Of a stretch of 55,974 nucleotides of DNA, positions 25,953 to 39,091 are shown piece by piece (position 1 is the stretch's first letter; the number at the start of each line of letters is the position of its first letter). Under the pieces are notes generated by a model, which saw only the letters and a list, made by a program, of their open reading frames with translations, did no database searches and was not told the origin of the DNA. The stretch spans positions 1-55,974 of the forward strand of contig CAZSAC010000004.1 of assembly GCA_964604875.1 (NCBI GenBank). Reading direction: 5' to 3'. The translations under genes and the position numbers were made by a program. The stretch is from an uncultured Bacteroidaceae bacterium. Lineage in GTDB: Bacteria > Bacillota > Clostridia > Christensenellales > CAG-917.

Positions 25953-27758
25953 ATGAACCTGAAACTCGATACCAAAAAAACAATTAAAGTAGGTTTTGCT
26001 TTCGCAATAATTTGCCTATTTTGGTCTCTGTACGATTACGTTGTACCTTTGCTTTTGGACAGCGCGTTTGGCTTAAACAATAAAATGCGCGGTTTGATTA
26101 TGGGGCTGGACAATCTTTTTGCGCTGTTTATGCTTCCGCTTTTCGGGAAGCTTTCGGATAAGTCACACAGTAAACACGGACGCCGTACGCCGTTTATCGT
26201 AGTAGGCAGTATTGTGTCCATAGTCCTGATGATTTTGATACCCGTTACGTCTGTCGGACAACTCAACAGGTCTTACGACGTTAGAAACAAAATTGCCGCC
26301 GATTTTAACACGGATACAGCTTATCGGCAACAGCTTTTGGCAAGCTGGTATGATGACACAACCAACAACTATGTCGACCGTGAGCTTTTAACAAAGGACG
26401 GCGTAAGCAAAGAAGAATTTGTTGCTATCACACGCACCTCGCTCAAGGTTGAAGGGAAAAAAGAAGACGCAAAATATTATGTGTCTTACGGCGAGGCTTA
26501 TAGCCAAGTAGAAAAAGCTGAATACGACAGCGTTAAAAAGGATTTAGACAACAAAAACTCTAACTTTAATACTTATGTATCCTCGGGGCTTTCAAACTAT
26601 ACCACAGACGCCGTTAGGTTGGCGTATACACAAAGCGGAAGTCACTCGCTGGTTTTCTTTATGGTTGCATTGCTGTTGGTTTTGATTGCAATGGGCACGT
26701 TCCGTTCTCCTGCGGTTGCGCTAATGCCCGACGTTACGCCAAAACCCTTGCGTTCGCAGGCAAACGCTATTATAAATCTTGCAGGTGGTGTCGGCGGCGC
26801 GATTGCCGTCATAATATATACCGTTGTGTTTTTGGTGGACGGAAGCCGAAGCGGGACGAGTTTCTTTTTGATTTATGTTTTGGGCGCAATAGGAATGGCG
26901 GCATTATTGCTGGCGTTTATTAAAATGGTAAACGAGCCCAAGCTGCTTGCAGAAAAAGAGGCTATATGTTTGGAATACGGCATTGCCGAAGACGAGGGCT
27001 TTTCCGATTTGGAAGAGCAAATGGAAGAAGGCAATCTCAGCGGGCTTGAGGTTGAGGAATATATCGCTGAAGAAAAAACCGTTTCTTCGGCAAATATTGA
27101 AGAAAATAAGAAACTTGAAAAGGCAAAGTTTAAATCCTTCCTTTTGATTTTGGCGTCTATCTTTATGTGGTTTATGGGTTATAACGCAGTCACAAGCAAC
27201 CTGTCCATTTATATCACAAAGACGCTCGGGTTGGAGGCAGGCTTAGGCGCGGTAATTTCAATGGCAAGCCAAGGTATATCTGCGATAGCGTTTATCCCCG
27301 TTGGTATGCTAGCTGTAAAAATCGGGCGTAAAAAATCTATTGTAATAGGTTTTGCGTTAGCCGTTTTGTCTTATCTTTTGATATGGTTGTTTATTTATCA
27401 ACCGGGTGGAGCTGTCGGATTTGGTTTTGCATTGTTCTATTTGCTTGCGGGCTTTGGTCTTATTATTGCCAACGTAAACACCTTCCCGATGGTTGTGGAG
27501 CTTTCAAAAGCAGACGACGTTGGAAAATATACGGGCTTCTATTATATGGCTACAATGTCTGCCCAAACGGTAACGCCGTATTTGGCGGGTGTGTTTATGG
27601 ATATATCAAACAACGATAGGATACTGTTCCTATACTCGGCAATTTGGGTTGTCGGCGCAATAGTATTGATGTGTCTTGTAAAACACGGCGACAGCAAACC
27701 GTTGCCGAGTAAAAAAAGTAAGCTTGAGCAGTACGGAGATTTATCCGACGCAGACTAA
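25953..27758 (+). CDS. MFS transporter (GPH/SLC45, maltose-permease-like) with large loop insertion
   Basis: GKLSDK...GRRTPF, PAVALMPDVTP, KIGRKKSI, GKYTGFYY motifs; start moved to ATG 25953 after GGGAG. Confidence 0.87.
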   Translation: MNLKLDTKKTIKVGFAFAIICLFWSLYDYVVPLLLDSAFGLNNKMRGLIMGLDNLFALFMLPLFGKLSDKSHSKHGRRTPFIVVGSIVSIVLMILIPVTSVGQLNRSYDVRNKIAADFNTDTAYRQQLLASWYDDTTNNYVDRELLTKDGVSKEEFVAITRTSLKVEGKKEDAKYYVSYGEAYSQVEKAEYDSVKKDLDNKNSNFNTYVSSGLSNYTTDAVRLAYTQSGSHSLVFFMVALLLVLIAMGTFRSPAVALMPDVTPKPLRSQANAIINLAGGVGGAIAVIIYTVVFLVDGSRSGTSFFLIYVLGAIGMAALLLAFIKMVNEPKLLAEKEAICLEYGIAEDEGFSDLEEQMEEGNLSGLEVEEYIAEEKTVSSANIEENKKLEKAKFKSFLLILASIFMWFMGYNAVTSNLSIYITKTLGLEAGLGAVISMASQGISAIAFIPVGMLAVKIGRKKSIVIGFALAVLSYLLIWLFIYQPGGAVGFGFALFYLLAGFGLIIANVNTFPMVVELSKADDVGKYTGFYYMATMSAQTVTPYLAGVFMDISNNDRILFLYSAIWVVGAIVLMCLVKHGDSKPLPSKKSKLEQYGDLSDAD

Positions 27759-27769
27759 AAACAAGTAGG

Positions 27770-27796
27770 CAAAGCGGCAGAGAATATGCCGCTTTG
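27770..27796 (+). terminator. Hairpin after the MFS gene (weak terminator)
   Basis: caaagcggca-gagaata-tgccgctttg. Confidence 0.55.
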
Positions 27797-27810
27797 TAAT
27801 ATATGGCGAT

Positions 27811-29052
27811 ATGGCAAAAAAGAATACGTATTCCAAAGTTAAAAAAACGGCATCGAAAATTAAAAAGAAAAACGCAAAGTTATACTATGCGTTGCTTGCG
27901 GTTGTTTTAGTTGTCGCAATCGGCGCAGTTGTTTGGGCGGTGAAATTCCCCGATAGTTTTAATAGCGTTTTTCCTTTCTTTGTCGAGACAGAGCATCCTT
28001 CAGATAATGGAGGCAATACAAATCCGCCAAACGAAGGAAACAACCCAAGCGGAAATGCGGATTATTATTTAAACAACTTTTTCTCTTCAAAAAACGGCTC
28101 AATACTATACGACGTTGACGCAAACTTGGCGCAAGGCTTAAGCGTACACTTTATTGACGTAGGTCAAGGGGACGCCATATACATCGTATTCCCTAACGGG
28201 AAAGATATGCTGATAGACGGCGGTTCGGCAAAGGCAACGCAAAATGAAAAGCTGTTTATCTCGGGGGACGTGGTGACAAGCGCCAATTCAAACCTTGTTG
28301 CTGACTACATAAAACGCTATAATGCGGACGACATAATCGACATTTTAATTCTTACGCATACCGATAAAGACCACTATAGTTTGTTGCCAGCGGTTTTTGC
28401 CGAATTTCAAATCAATACGGTATATTTGCCGTATGTTGACTTAGACGAGCTGGATACCACCGCCACTGCGCAGGAGCGTTCGGATTTTGACAATGGTTTG
28501 GCGATTAATACAGCAGGCTATACGTCGATAGCAAACGCAGCTTTTATTGAGCCGAATTGTGAAGTAAAGTGCGTTTACGGTAATTTTCAAATAGAAATTG
28601 AAACTGCCATTACGTTTTTGGTTTATGCGCTGGATAAGGAAGAGTATGCAAAAAACAACTTAAAGGCTGACGACGCTAACGAGCTTTCGCCAATATGTAT
28701 TTTAACGTACGCAGGGCGAAAAATTGTGTTGACGGGCGACGCGGAGGAAAAGTCTGAAAAGGATTATCTTTCGGATTCTCCCACGCTGGATTGCGACGTT
28801 TTAAAGGTCGGGCACCACGGAAGTCAAAGCAGCACGACGACGGAGTTTTTAGATGACATCTCGCCCGAGCTTGCCATAATATCGGCGGGGACTCACTCAA
28901 CTTTTCTACACCCTAGGCAGGTAACTCTTGACAAGTTTAAACAAAGAGGGATAGAATACTATTGTACAATCGATTGCGGGACAATAGTGCTTAACGTCAA
29001 CGACAAAGGCGCGATGAAGCTGTATTCGGCAAAAGACATTAAGGCAGCATAA
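27811..29052 (+). CDS. Membrane-anchored ComEC/Rec2-type MBL-fold hydrolase
   Basis: HFIDVGQGDA, LIDGG, THTDKDH, LTGDAE, KVGHHGS, HP motifs; single N-terminal TM and Asn/Pro linker; no multi-TM competence domain. Confidence 0.87.
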   Translation: MAKKNTYSKVKKTASKIKKKNAKLYYALLAVVLVVAIGAVVWAVKFPDSFNSVFPFFVETEHPSDNGGNTNPPNEGNNPSGNADYYLNNFFSSKNGSILYDVDANLAQGLSVHFIDVGQGDAIYIVFPNGKDMLIDGGSAKATQNEKLFISGDVVTSANSNLVADYIKRYNADDIIDILILTHTDKDHYSLLPAVFAEFQINTVYLPYVDLDELDTTATAQERSDFDNGLAINTAGYTSIANAAFIEPNCEVKCVYGNFQIEIETAITFLVYALDKEEYAKNNLKADDANELSPICILTYAGRKIVLTGDAEEKSEKDYLSDSPTLDCDVLKVGHHGSQSSTTTEFLDDISPELAIISAGTHSTFLHPRQVTLDKFKQRGIEYYCTIDCGTIVLNVNDKGAMKLYSAKDIKAA

Positions 29053-29058
29053 CTTCTG

Positions 29059-29547
29059 ATGAAAAAAAATATTGCGATACTGGGTTATGATATAAAGCTT
29101 TGCGAGGCTGTTGCCGAGAGACTGGCGACAGACGCGGGAATGTTTTATTTAGCGTTGGACGAATTGTGCTGTTATCACGCGTGTAGGAAATCCATTTCAG
29201 CAATTTTCGAGGGCGACGGAGAGGCGGGAGTTTTTAATTTTTACAATAAAGCGTTGTCAGACTTTTTTGAATATGAAAATACGACGGCGTCAGGCAACGT
29301 AAAATACATTGAAAAAGAGAGGCTGGCAAAATTATTGCCAACAACGCTTGTGCTTTTTTTGGGAAAAAGCGGTAAGGCTTTGAAAGCGGACGGGATTGAA
29401 GCCTCAGGCGTGGCAGACTATTCACGACAGAAGTTTTATAAATACTATGATATCTACATAAAGGCGGAAAATAAAACGTCAGAAGCTCTTTTAAAAGAGG
29501 TATATTCGGCGGTTGAAAAGTTTTTCCGTGGAGGAACAAATGAGTAA
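29059..29547 (+). CDS. Shikimate-kinase-like protein with degenerate P-loop
   Basis: KNIAILG...AERLA...GMFYLALDEL...SISAIFEGDGE follows the AroK pattern but GxxGxGKS is absent. Confidence 0.6.
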   Translation: MKKNIAILGYDIKLCEAVAERLATDAGMFYLALDELCCYHACRKSISAIFEGDGEAGVFNFYNKALSDFFEYENTTASGNVKYIEKERLAKLLPTTLVLFLGKSGKALKADGIEASGVADYSRQKFYKYYDIYIKAENKTSEALLKEVYSAVEKFFRGGTNE

Positions 29548-30367
29548 GTTTGATATTGAACTGGTTGGAAAAGTCGGCTCAATGGCGCTGATTGACAAGC
29601 AGTATAAAGACATAAACTATAACATTATCGCGCGTATTTCACGAGAGCTGAAGGCGGGATATATTTGGATTACTAGCGGCGCGACAGAAATTGGCAGATT
29701 GGATTATATAAAGCGCAATCAAAAAGAGCTTGGCGGAAGCGATGAGGAAAACAAAACCGACTATTCGGCGCAAGGACAAGCCATTTTGATGGGGTGGTAC
29801 CGTGAATTTGTCGAAAGCAAATACAGTATTCGGCAAATTTTGGTGGAGCATCAGCATTTTAACGACGCAGAAAAAAGGGAATATTTAAAGGCGTTGCTTT
29901 TGAGGTGTCCCTCGCAAAACGCTATTCCTATTATCAACTACAACGATGCCGTATGCTATGAAGAAAACCGAAAAATGGAAATTCAATCCCTGAAGTCAAA
30001 AAAAGCCGACGCAGTCGAATGCGTCGACAATGACGAAACCGCCTCGCAAATAGCCTGTCTTGTAAAAAGCAAAAGGCTTTTACTTTTGACAAGCGTAGAC
30101 GGCATCTATGAGGATTTAAACAACACCGAAACCTTAGTTGGCGAAATATCGGGGAGAAATATCGACGAGCTTTTACAAAATATATCACGCTATCAAAATT
30201 GCTGTAACGGCGCCAGCAGAAAGGGCGCAAACGGCGCAAGCGCAAAACTGGAATACATTAAAAAACCTGTTTGCAACGGCACAGAGGTTATAATTGCCAA
30301 CAGCAAATATTCCATCAACGATATTTTGTCGGGGGTTGCTCCAAGAACCTTAATTCGGGTGAGATAA
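29540..30367 (+). CDS. Glutamate 5-kinase-like amino-acid kinase (no PUA domain)
   Basis: VGKVGS, ITSGA, AQGQ, IPIINYNDAV, DNDETA, LLTSVDGIY motifs; start moved to ATG 29540 after GGAGG. Confidence 0.78.
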   Translation: MSKFDIELVGKVGSMALIDKQYKDINYNIIARISRELKAGYIWITSGATEIGRLDYIKRNQKELGGSDEENKTDYSAQGQAILMGWYREFVESKYSIRQILVEHQHFNDAEKREYLKALLLRCPSQNAIPIINYNDAVCYEENRKMEIQSLKSKKADAVECVDNDETASQIACLVKSKRLLLLTSVDGIYEDLNNTETLVGEISGRNIDELLQNISRYQNCCNGASRKGANGASAKLEYIKKPVCNGTEVIIANSKYSINDILSGVAPRTLIRVR

Positions 30368-30777
30368 TGAAGAAAAAATTTTTTTCGGCAGTTATTTTGC
30401 TTATATTAGTTTCGTCCACGTTTCCCGCCTGTAATAAGCTTAGTCAGGAAAAGTGTCTGGGGGATTTCCGCAGAACTTATGAAATAAGCTCAGCAGCGCC
30501 TGTGTTGGGCATATCGGCGGTAACGGTATCCGAAACCTATCGGTTTTTAGCCGACGGCACGGGGCTATTCTATGAGGGTTTTTTGGATAAAAAAGAAATT
30601 TTGTTTTATTTTTCTTATACCCTAGACAAAAACTATGAGGCGACGCTCACCGTCACGCAGACAAATTCAGAAAAAACGCGCAATGTAGGCGACCAAATTA
30701 CGCTTCGATTCGAGTTGGAAGAGAAAGAAGCTGTTTTATATGACGAATACATTTCATACAACAAAGTGACCGCATAA
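30367..30777 (+). CDS. Hypothetical lipoprotein
   Basis: MKKKFFSAVILLILVSSTFPA-C signal; TAATG coupling at 30365-69. Confidence 0.65.
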   Translation: MKKKFFSAVILLILVSSTFPACNKLSQEKCLGDFRRTYEISSAAPVLGISAVTVSETYRFLADGTGLFYEGFLDKKEILFYFSYTLDKNYEATLTVTQTNSEKTRNVGDQITLRFELEEKEAVLYDEYISYNKVTA

Positions 30778-30786
30778 ATTGCTTAT

Positions 30787-30824
30787 AAAAAAAGCCCTCC
30801 GCAGTAGAAATGCGGAGGGCTTTT
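30787..30824. terminator. Bidirectional terminator
   Basis: aaaagccctccgca-gtagaaa-tgcggagggctttt between convergent genes. Confidence 0.9.
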
Positions 30825-30834
30825 AAGTTAAGTC

Positions 30835-34536
<3,702 letters not shown>

Positions 34537-34583
34537 TCAAATCTAAGCAAATGTGATAAACTAAGTGTGTTTTAGAGGACAAA

Positions 34584-35411
34584 ATGGAAATTATTAAGGT
34601 AGATAATATAACCTATGAATACAAGCAGTTTGAGGCTCCGCCGTTAGTTGCGCTTAAAGATGTTTCCTTTAGCGTGACAGAGGGGGAGTTCTTGGCGATA
34701 GTCGGTTCAAACGGCAGCGGTAAATCAACCCTTGCAAAACACTTGAACGGATTGCTTTTGCCAACCAAGGGCGAGGTTGGCGTTTATGGTGTACTGACAG
34801 CCGATGAAGACAAAATATTCGATATAAGAAAAAACGTCGGAATGGTATTTCAAAACCCCGATAATCAGATGGTCGCCACGATTGTGGAAGACGACGTTGC
34901 GTTCGGTCCCGAAAATTTGGGCGTTCCCCGAGAGGAAATTATAAGCAGAGTTGAGTGGGCGTTATCGGCGGTTGGAATGTCGCAATACCGCACAGCTACT
35001 CCTCACAAAATGAGTGGCGGACAAAAACAGCGTATCGCTATCGCCAGCGTACTTGCGATGCGTCCTCGAGTTTTGGTTTTGGATGAGGCGACTTCAATGC
35101 TTGACCCGCAAGGAAGAAGGGATATAATCGGCATTCTACACCGTCTCAACAAAGAGGAAAATATCACCATAATTTTGATAACTCACCATATGGACGAGGT
35201 GTGCGGGGCAGATAGGGTTATCGTGCTTAACGACGGAGAACTGGTTGCGCAAACTTCGCCGAAAGAGCTGTTTAAACAAGATATTTCTGCATATAAACTG
35301 TCGCTTCCGATTGTTACGCAAATTGCGCACAGCCTACAAAGCAAAGGCTTTGATGTTGCGCCCGATACTATTTTCGAGGAGGAATTGATTGAACAATTAT
35401 GTCGATTTTAA
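34584..35411 (+). CDS. ecfA1: ECF transporter ATPase A1
   Basis: GSNGSGKS, FQNPDNQ, MSGGQKQR, LDEATSMLD motifs. Confidence 0.93.
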   Translation: MEIIKVDNITYEYKQFEAPPLVALKDVSFSVTEGEFLAIVGSNGSGKSTLAKHLNGLLLPTKGEVGVYGVLTADEDKIFDIRKNVGMVFQNPDNQMVATIVEDDVAFGPENLGVPREEIISRVEWALSAVGMSQYRTATPHKMSGGQKQRIAIASVLAMRPRVLVLDEATSMLDPQGRRDIIGILHRLNKEENITIILITHHMDEVCGADRVIVLNDGELVAQTSPKELFKQDISAYKLSLPIVTQIAHSLQSKGFDVAPDTIFEEELIEQLCRF

Positions 35412-36250
35412 TTGAAAATCTAAGTTATGTCTATTCCCCCAAATCCCCCTATGAGCATAGGGCGCTTGACAATGTATCCCTTACCATAGAGGACGGGGAT
35501 TTTATTGGCGTTATCGGACCGACGGGCAGTGGTAAAAGTACGCTCATACAACATTTAAACGGACTTATAAAATTGACGTCCGGGGAAATTACGGTGGGCG
35601 ATATAAAAATTCATCAAAAGCCCGATTTAAAAAAACTGCGTCAAAGGGTGGGTATGGTTTTTCAATACCCCGAGTATCAGCTTTTTGACGAAACGGTGGC
35701 AAAGGACGTTGCTTTCGGCCCTAAAAATTTGGGATTATCCAAAGAGGAAATAGATTTAAGGGTAAAAGAGGCGATAGATACAGTGGGTTTAAATTACGCC
35801 GAGGTAGCGGAACGTTCCCCGTTTGAGCTTTCGGGCGGACAAAAACGTAGAGTAGCCATCGCAGGGGTGATTGCGATGCGCCCCGAAATTTTGGTTTTGG
35901 ACGAGCCTACCGCAGGCCTAGACCCCGTCGGGCGAGAGGAAATGTTCGAGCTGATTGCAAAGCTTAAAAAAACGACGTCGCGCACAATTATTATGGTATC
36001 GCACAATATGGACGAAATAGCTGCCGTTGCAAATAAAATCGCCGTGCTTTTTAACGGCAGGTTAGAATATTTCGACACTCCCAAAAACGTGTTTTCGCAC
36101 GGGGATAGGCTATGTGAAATAGGTTTGGATATTCCCCAAACAATAAAAATTGCAAATAGCCTGAGGGCGCAAGGCGTCGAGCTAGGCGACGACTGTCTGA
36201 CGGCGGAAAGGTTTGTGGAAAAGTTTTGTCAAACGAGGTCGCTAAAATGA
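35399..36250 (+). CDS. ecfA2: ECF transporter ATPase A2
   Basis: GPTGSGKS, FQYPEYQLF, SPFELSGGQKRR, LDEPTAGLD motifs. Confidence 0.93.
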   Translation: MSILIENLSYVYSPKSPYEHRALDNVSLTIEDGDFIGVIGPTGSGKSTLIQHLNGLIKLTSGEITVGDIKIHQKPDLKKLRQRVGMVFQYPEYQLFDETVAKDVAFGPKNLGLSKEEIDLRVKEAIDTVGLNYAEVAERSPFELSGGQKRRVAIAGVIAMRPEILVLDEPTAGLDPVGREEMFELIAKLKKTTSRTIIMVSHNMDEIAAVANKIAVLFNGRLEYFDTPKNVFSHGDRLCEIGLDIPQTIKIANSLRAQGVELGDDCLTAERFVEKFCQTRSLK

Positions 36251-37059
36251 AAGATTTAACCTTTGGACAATATTATCCGACAGACTCGGCGATACACAAA
36301 ATGGACGCGCGCGCAAAACTGGTTTTGCTTACTGTATATATTGTTGCGATATTCTTTATAAAAAGTTATTTTGGCTATGTCATTGCGGCAACGCTTGTGT
36401 TGTTTATGTCGATAATGTCGAAAGTTCCGATTGTCAAAATTCTTAAATCCATAAAGCGCATATTGTTTTTGGTTATTTTCACAGCATTACTCAACTTATT
36501 TTTTGTCAAAGAAGGAAATATTTTAGTGTCGTGGTGGATATTTAAAATCACCGATTACGGGGTTAATTTTGCCATTATGATGGCGCTAAGGCTTGTTTTG
36601 TTGGTTATAGGCACGACATTTTTGACGTTGACAACCACTCCGATGGCGCTGACAGACGGCATTGAAAGTTTGTTGAAACCCTTGAAATATATTAAAGTTC
36701 CCGTGCACGATATTGCGATAATAATGAGCATCGCTTTACGTTTTATACCCACGCTGGTAGACGAAACAAACAAGATAATAAATGCTCAAAAAGCCCGTGG
36801 CGCGGATTTTGATACGGGCAATATTTTTGCAAGAGCAAAGGCGCTTTTGCCTATATTGATACCGCTGTTCGTCAGCTCCTTTAGGCGCGCGGACGAGCTT
36901 GCTTTAGCGTTGGATTCTCGCTGCTATAACGCCACCCCAAACAGGACGAAAATGAAGGTACAAAAAATCACCTTCAGAGACGTTGTAGGGTTTTTAATTG
37001 TGGGCGGAGTTTTGGCTGTTATAATTGTTGACCGTTTTGTGTGGTTAGGGGTTTTTTAA
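36247..37059 (+). CDS. ecfT: ECF transporter transmembrane subunit T
   Basis: GQYYP, MDARAK, ALRFIP, AQKARG, DSRCY motifs; start moved to ATG 36247. Confidence 0.93.
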   Translation: MKDLTFGQYYPTDSAIHKMDARAKLVLLTVYIVAIFFIKSYFGYVIAATLVLFMSIMSKVPIVKILKSIKRILFLVIFTALLNLFFVKEGNILVSWWIFKITDYGVNFAIMMALRLVLLVIGTTFLTLTTTPMALTDGIESLLKPLKYIKVPVHDIAIIMSIALRFIPTLVDETNKIINAQKARGADFDTGNIFARAKALLPILIPLFVSSFRRADELALALDSRCYNATPNRTKMKVQKITFRDVVGFLIVGGVLAVIIVDRFVWLGVF

Positions 37060-37806
37060 ATGAGATACAAAATCACCGTGTCATATTTGGGGACCAGCTA
37101 TTGCGGCTGGCAGAATCAAAAAAACGGCGAAAGCGTGCAAGAGATTTTAGAAAAGGCATTTTTCAAGCTTTTTCAAAATAAAGTGTCCATATACGCCAGT
37201 GGTCGCACAGACGCCGGAGTACACGCGGAGGGACAGGTTGCTCACTTTGACGCGGAAACTTCAATCCCTGCCGAAAAAATTCCTTTTGCCGTAAACACAT
37301 TATTGCCCGAAGACGTGCGTGTTTTGGCGTGCGAAGCGGTAGATGAAAATTTCCACGCGCGGTTTTGCGCCAAGCGAAAAACCTATGAATATCGGCTGTA
37401 TCAATCTCCGCATATCAGCCCTTTGGAAAATATAACTGCCGAGCAAGTTTGCGGAAGCTTAGATATTGAAGCAATGAAAAAGGCAGCAAAGTATATTGAA
37501 GGCAAGCACGATTTTAAATGCTTTGAAGCAACCGGAAGCAAGATAATTGATACAGTGCGCACGATATACGGCGTAGAAATATTGACTGACAACAATAAAA
37601 TCACTATCAGCGTTACGGGCAACGGTTTTTTATATAATATGGTGAGAATTATTGCAGGGACGCTTGTAGACGTAGGAAAAGGCAAGCTATCCGCAGAGGC
37701 GATTCCCGAAATTATCTTAAAAAAAGACAGAACCTTGGCGGGGAAAACCTTGCCCGCAAAGGGACTTTGTTTAAAATCGGTAAAATACGATTCGACGGAG
37801 CGTTAA
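37060..37806 (+). CDS. truA: tRNA pseudouridine(38-40) synthase
   Basis: SGRTDAGVHA, FHARF, GFLYNMVR motifs. Confidence 0.96.
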   Translation: MRYKITVSYLGTSYCGWQNQKNGESVQEILEKAFFKLFQNKVSIYASGRTDAGVHAEGQVAHFDAETSIPAEKIPFAVNTLLPEDVRVLACEAVDENFHARFCAKRKTYEYRLYQSPHISPLENITAEQVCGSLDIEAMKKAAKYIEGKHDFKCFEATGSKIIDTVRTIYGVEILTDNNKITISVTGNGFLYNMVRIIAGTLVDVGKGKLSAEAIPEIILKKDRTLAGKTLPAKGLCLKSVKYDSTER

Positions 37807-37860
37807 TTTTGCAAAATCTAATTATTTATAATTATAGGGCAATCTATGTAGGAAAATTGC

Positions 37861-37889
37861 TTGACAAGTTTTGATTTGCACGATATTAT
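37861..37889 (+). promoter_or_regulatory. sigmaA promoter of rplM-rpsI
   Basis: TTGACA-N17-TATTAT. Confidence 0.7.
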
Positions 37890-37903
37890 ATACTAGTCTA
37901 AAA

Positions 37904-37954
37904 ATCGGAAAAAGTGTTGATTATAAATTAGCCCCTTATATTTAATGCGTCCCG
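37904..37954 (+). ncRNA. Putative L13 leader (r-protein autoregulatory 5' UTR)
   Basis: Stem-loop with AGCCCC in the apical loop, closed by tcgg...ccga, upstream of rplM; boundaries approximate. Confidence 0.5.
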
Positions 37955-37992
37955 AAAAAACGTAATATTAAAATTTGGAGGTCTTTACCATT

Positions 37993-38421
37993 ATGAAAAC
38001 TTATATGGCAAAGCCCGAAACAGTCGAAAGGAAATGGTATGTTGTCGATGCAACCGATATGGTGCTCGGCCGTTTGGCAAGCCAAGTTGCAGCGGTTTTA
38101 CGCGGCAAAAACAAGCCTACCTTTACTCCTAACGTCGATACGGGCGACCATGTTATCATTATCAACTGCGCCAAGGTTCGTTTGACAGGCAAAAAGTTGG
38201 AGCAAAAATACTATCGTTATCATACCGGCTATGTAAGCGGTTTAAAGGAAGTTCAATATAAAAAGATTATGGCTGAAAAGCCTGAGTTTGCTGTTTTCAA
38301 CGCAGTAAAAGGCATGCTTCCTAAAAACATACTCGGCCGTCAAATGTTGACAAAACTTAAAGTTTATGCCGGCAGTGAACATAATCAACAAGCTCAAAAA
38401 CCTGTTGAGCTTAAGTTTTAA
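37993..38421 (+). CDS. rplM: 50S ribosomal protein L13
   Basis: WYVVDA, LGRLAS, LRGKNKP motifs; start moved to ATG 37993 after GGAGG. Confidence 0.98.
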   Translation: MKTYMAKPETVERKWYVVDATDMVLGRLASQVAAVLRGKNKPTFTPNVDTGDHVIIINCAKVRLTGKKLEQKYYRYHTGYVSGLKEVQYKKIMAEKPEFAVFNAVKGMLPKNILGRQMLTKLKVYAGSEHNQQAQKPVELKF

Positions 38422-38433
38422 TTGAGGTGAATT

Positions 38434-38850
38434 ATGGCAACTAAGAAAACCGTTAAAAAGAAAGTGCAATATTGGGGAACAGGCCGTCGTAAGAAGGCGA
38501 TTGCCCGTGTACGTTTAATTCCCGGCGGCGAAGGCGCAATCACCATCAATAAGCGTGATATCGCTGAATACTTCCCTCAAGATACAATGAAGGTTATCGT
38601 AAGACAACCCTTGGTTTTGACCGCAACCTCCGAAAAATATGATATTTTCGTAAATGTTTGCGGCGGTGGATTTACAGGACAAGCAGGAGCTATCCGTCAC
38701 GGTATCGCCCGCGCTTTGATTGTAGCTGAACCCGAGCTTAGAGGCGCATTGAAGAAAGCCGGCTTCTTAACTCGTGACCCACGTACCAAAGAGCGTAAGA
38801 AATACGGTCTCAAAAAAGCTCGTCGCGCTCCGCAATTCAGCAAACGTTAA
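38434..38850 (+). CDS. rpsI: 30S ribosomal protein S9
   Basis: [22 protein letters not shown] motifs. Confidence 0.98.
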   Translation: MATKKTVKKKVQYWGTGRRKKAIARVRLIPGGEGAITINKRDIAEYFPQDTMKVIVRQPLVLTATSEKYDIFVNVCGGGFTGQAGAIRHGIARALIVAEPELRGALKKAGFLTRDPRTKERKKYGLKKARRAPQFSKR

Positions 38851-38880
38851 TCGCAAGAAAACGTATCATCAAAAAAATTC

Positions 38881-38909
38881 AACCCGAACCTTTTGGTTTG
38901 GGTTGTTTT
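38881..38909 (+). terminator. Terminator after rpsI
   Basis: aacccgaacc-tttt-ggtttgggtt followed by gtttt. Confidence 0.8.
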
Positions 38910-39005
38910 ATATATTAAAAATATTATAACTGCACTTACATATATACCTAAGAAAATGTAGGCGCTTTTTGTTTAAAAAAATTAAAACAAATTGTTTAAA
39001 ATGAA

Positions 39006-39034
39006 TTGTAAAATCGAAATTAGTGTGTTAGAAT
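39006..39034 (+). promoter_or_regulatory. Putative sigmaA promoter of the SDR-TetR-SDR cluster
   Basis: TTGTAA-N17-TAGAAT with extended -10 TG. Confidence 0.6.
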
Positions 39035-39091
39035 ATTGTCATAAACTCTATTTTTATAGATAAATCAAAAAATTTTTAGGTGAGGAAGTTT

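Noticed and set aside
27811-29052. ComEC DNA-uptake channel
   Set aside because: Only one TM; lacks the multi-TM competence domain
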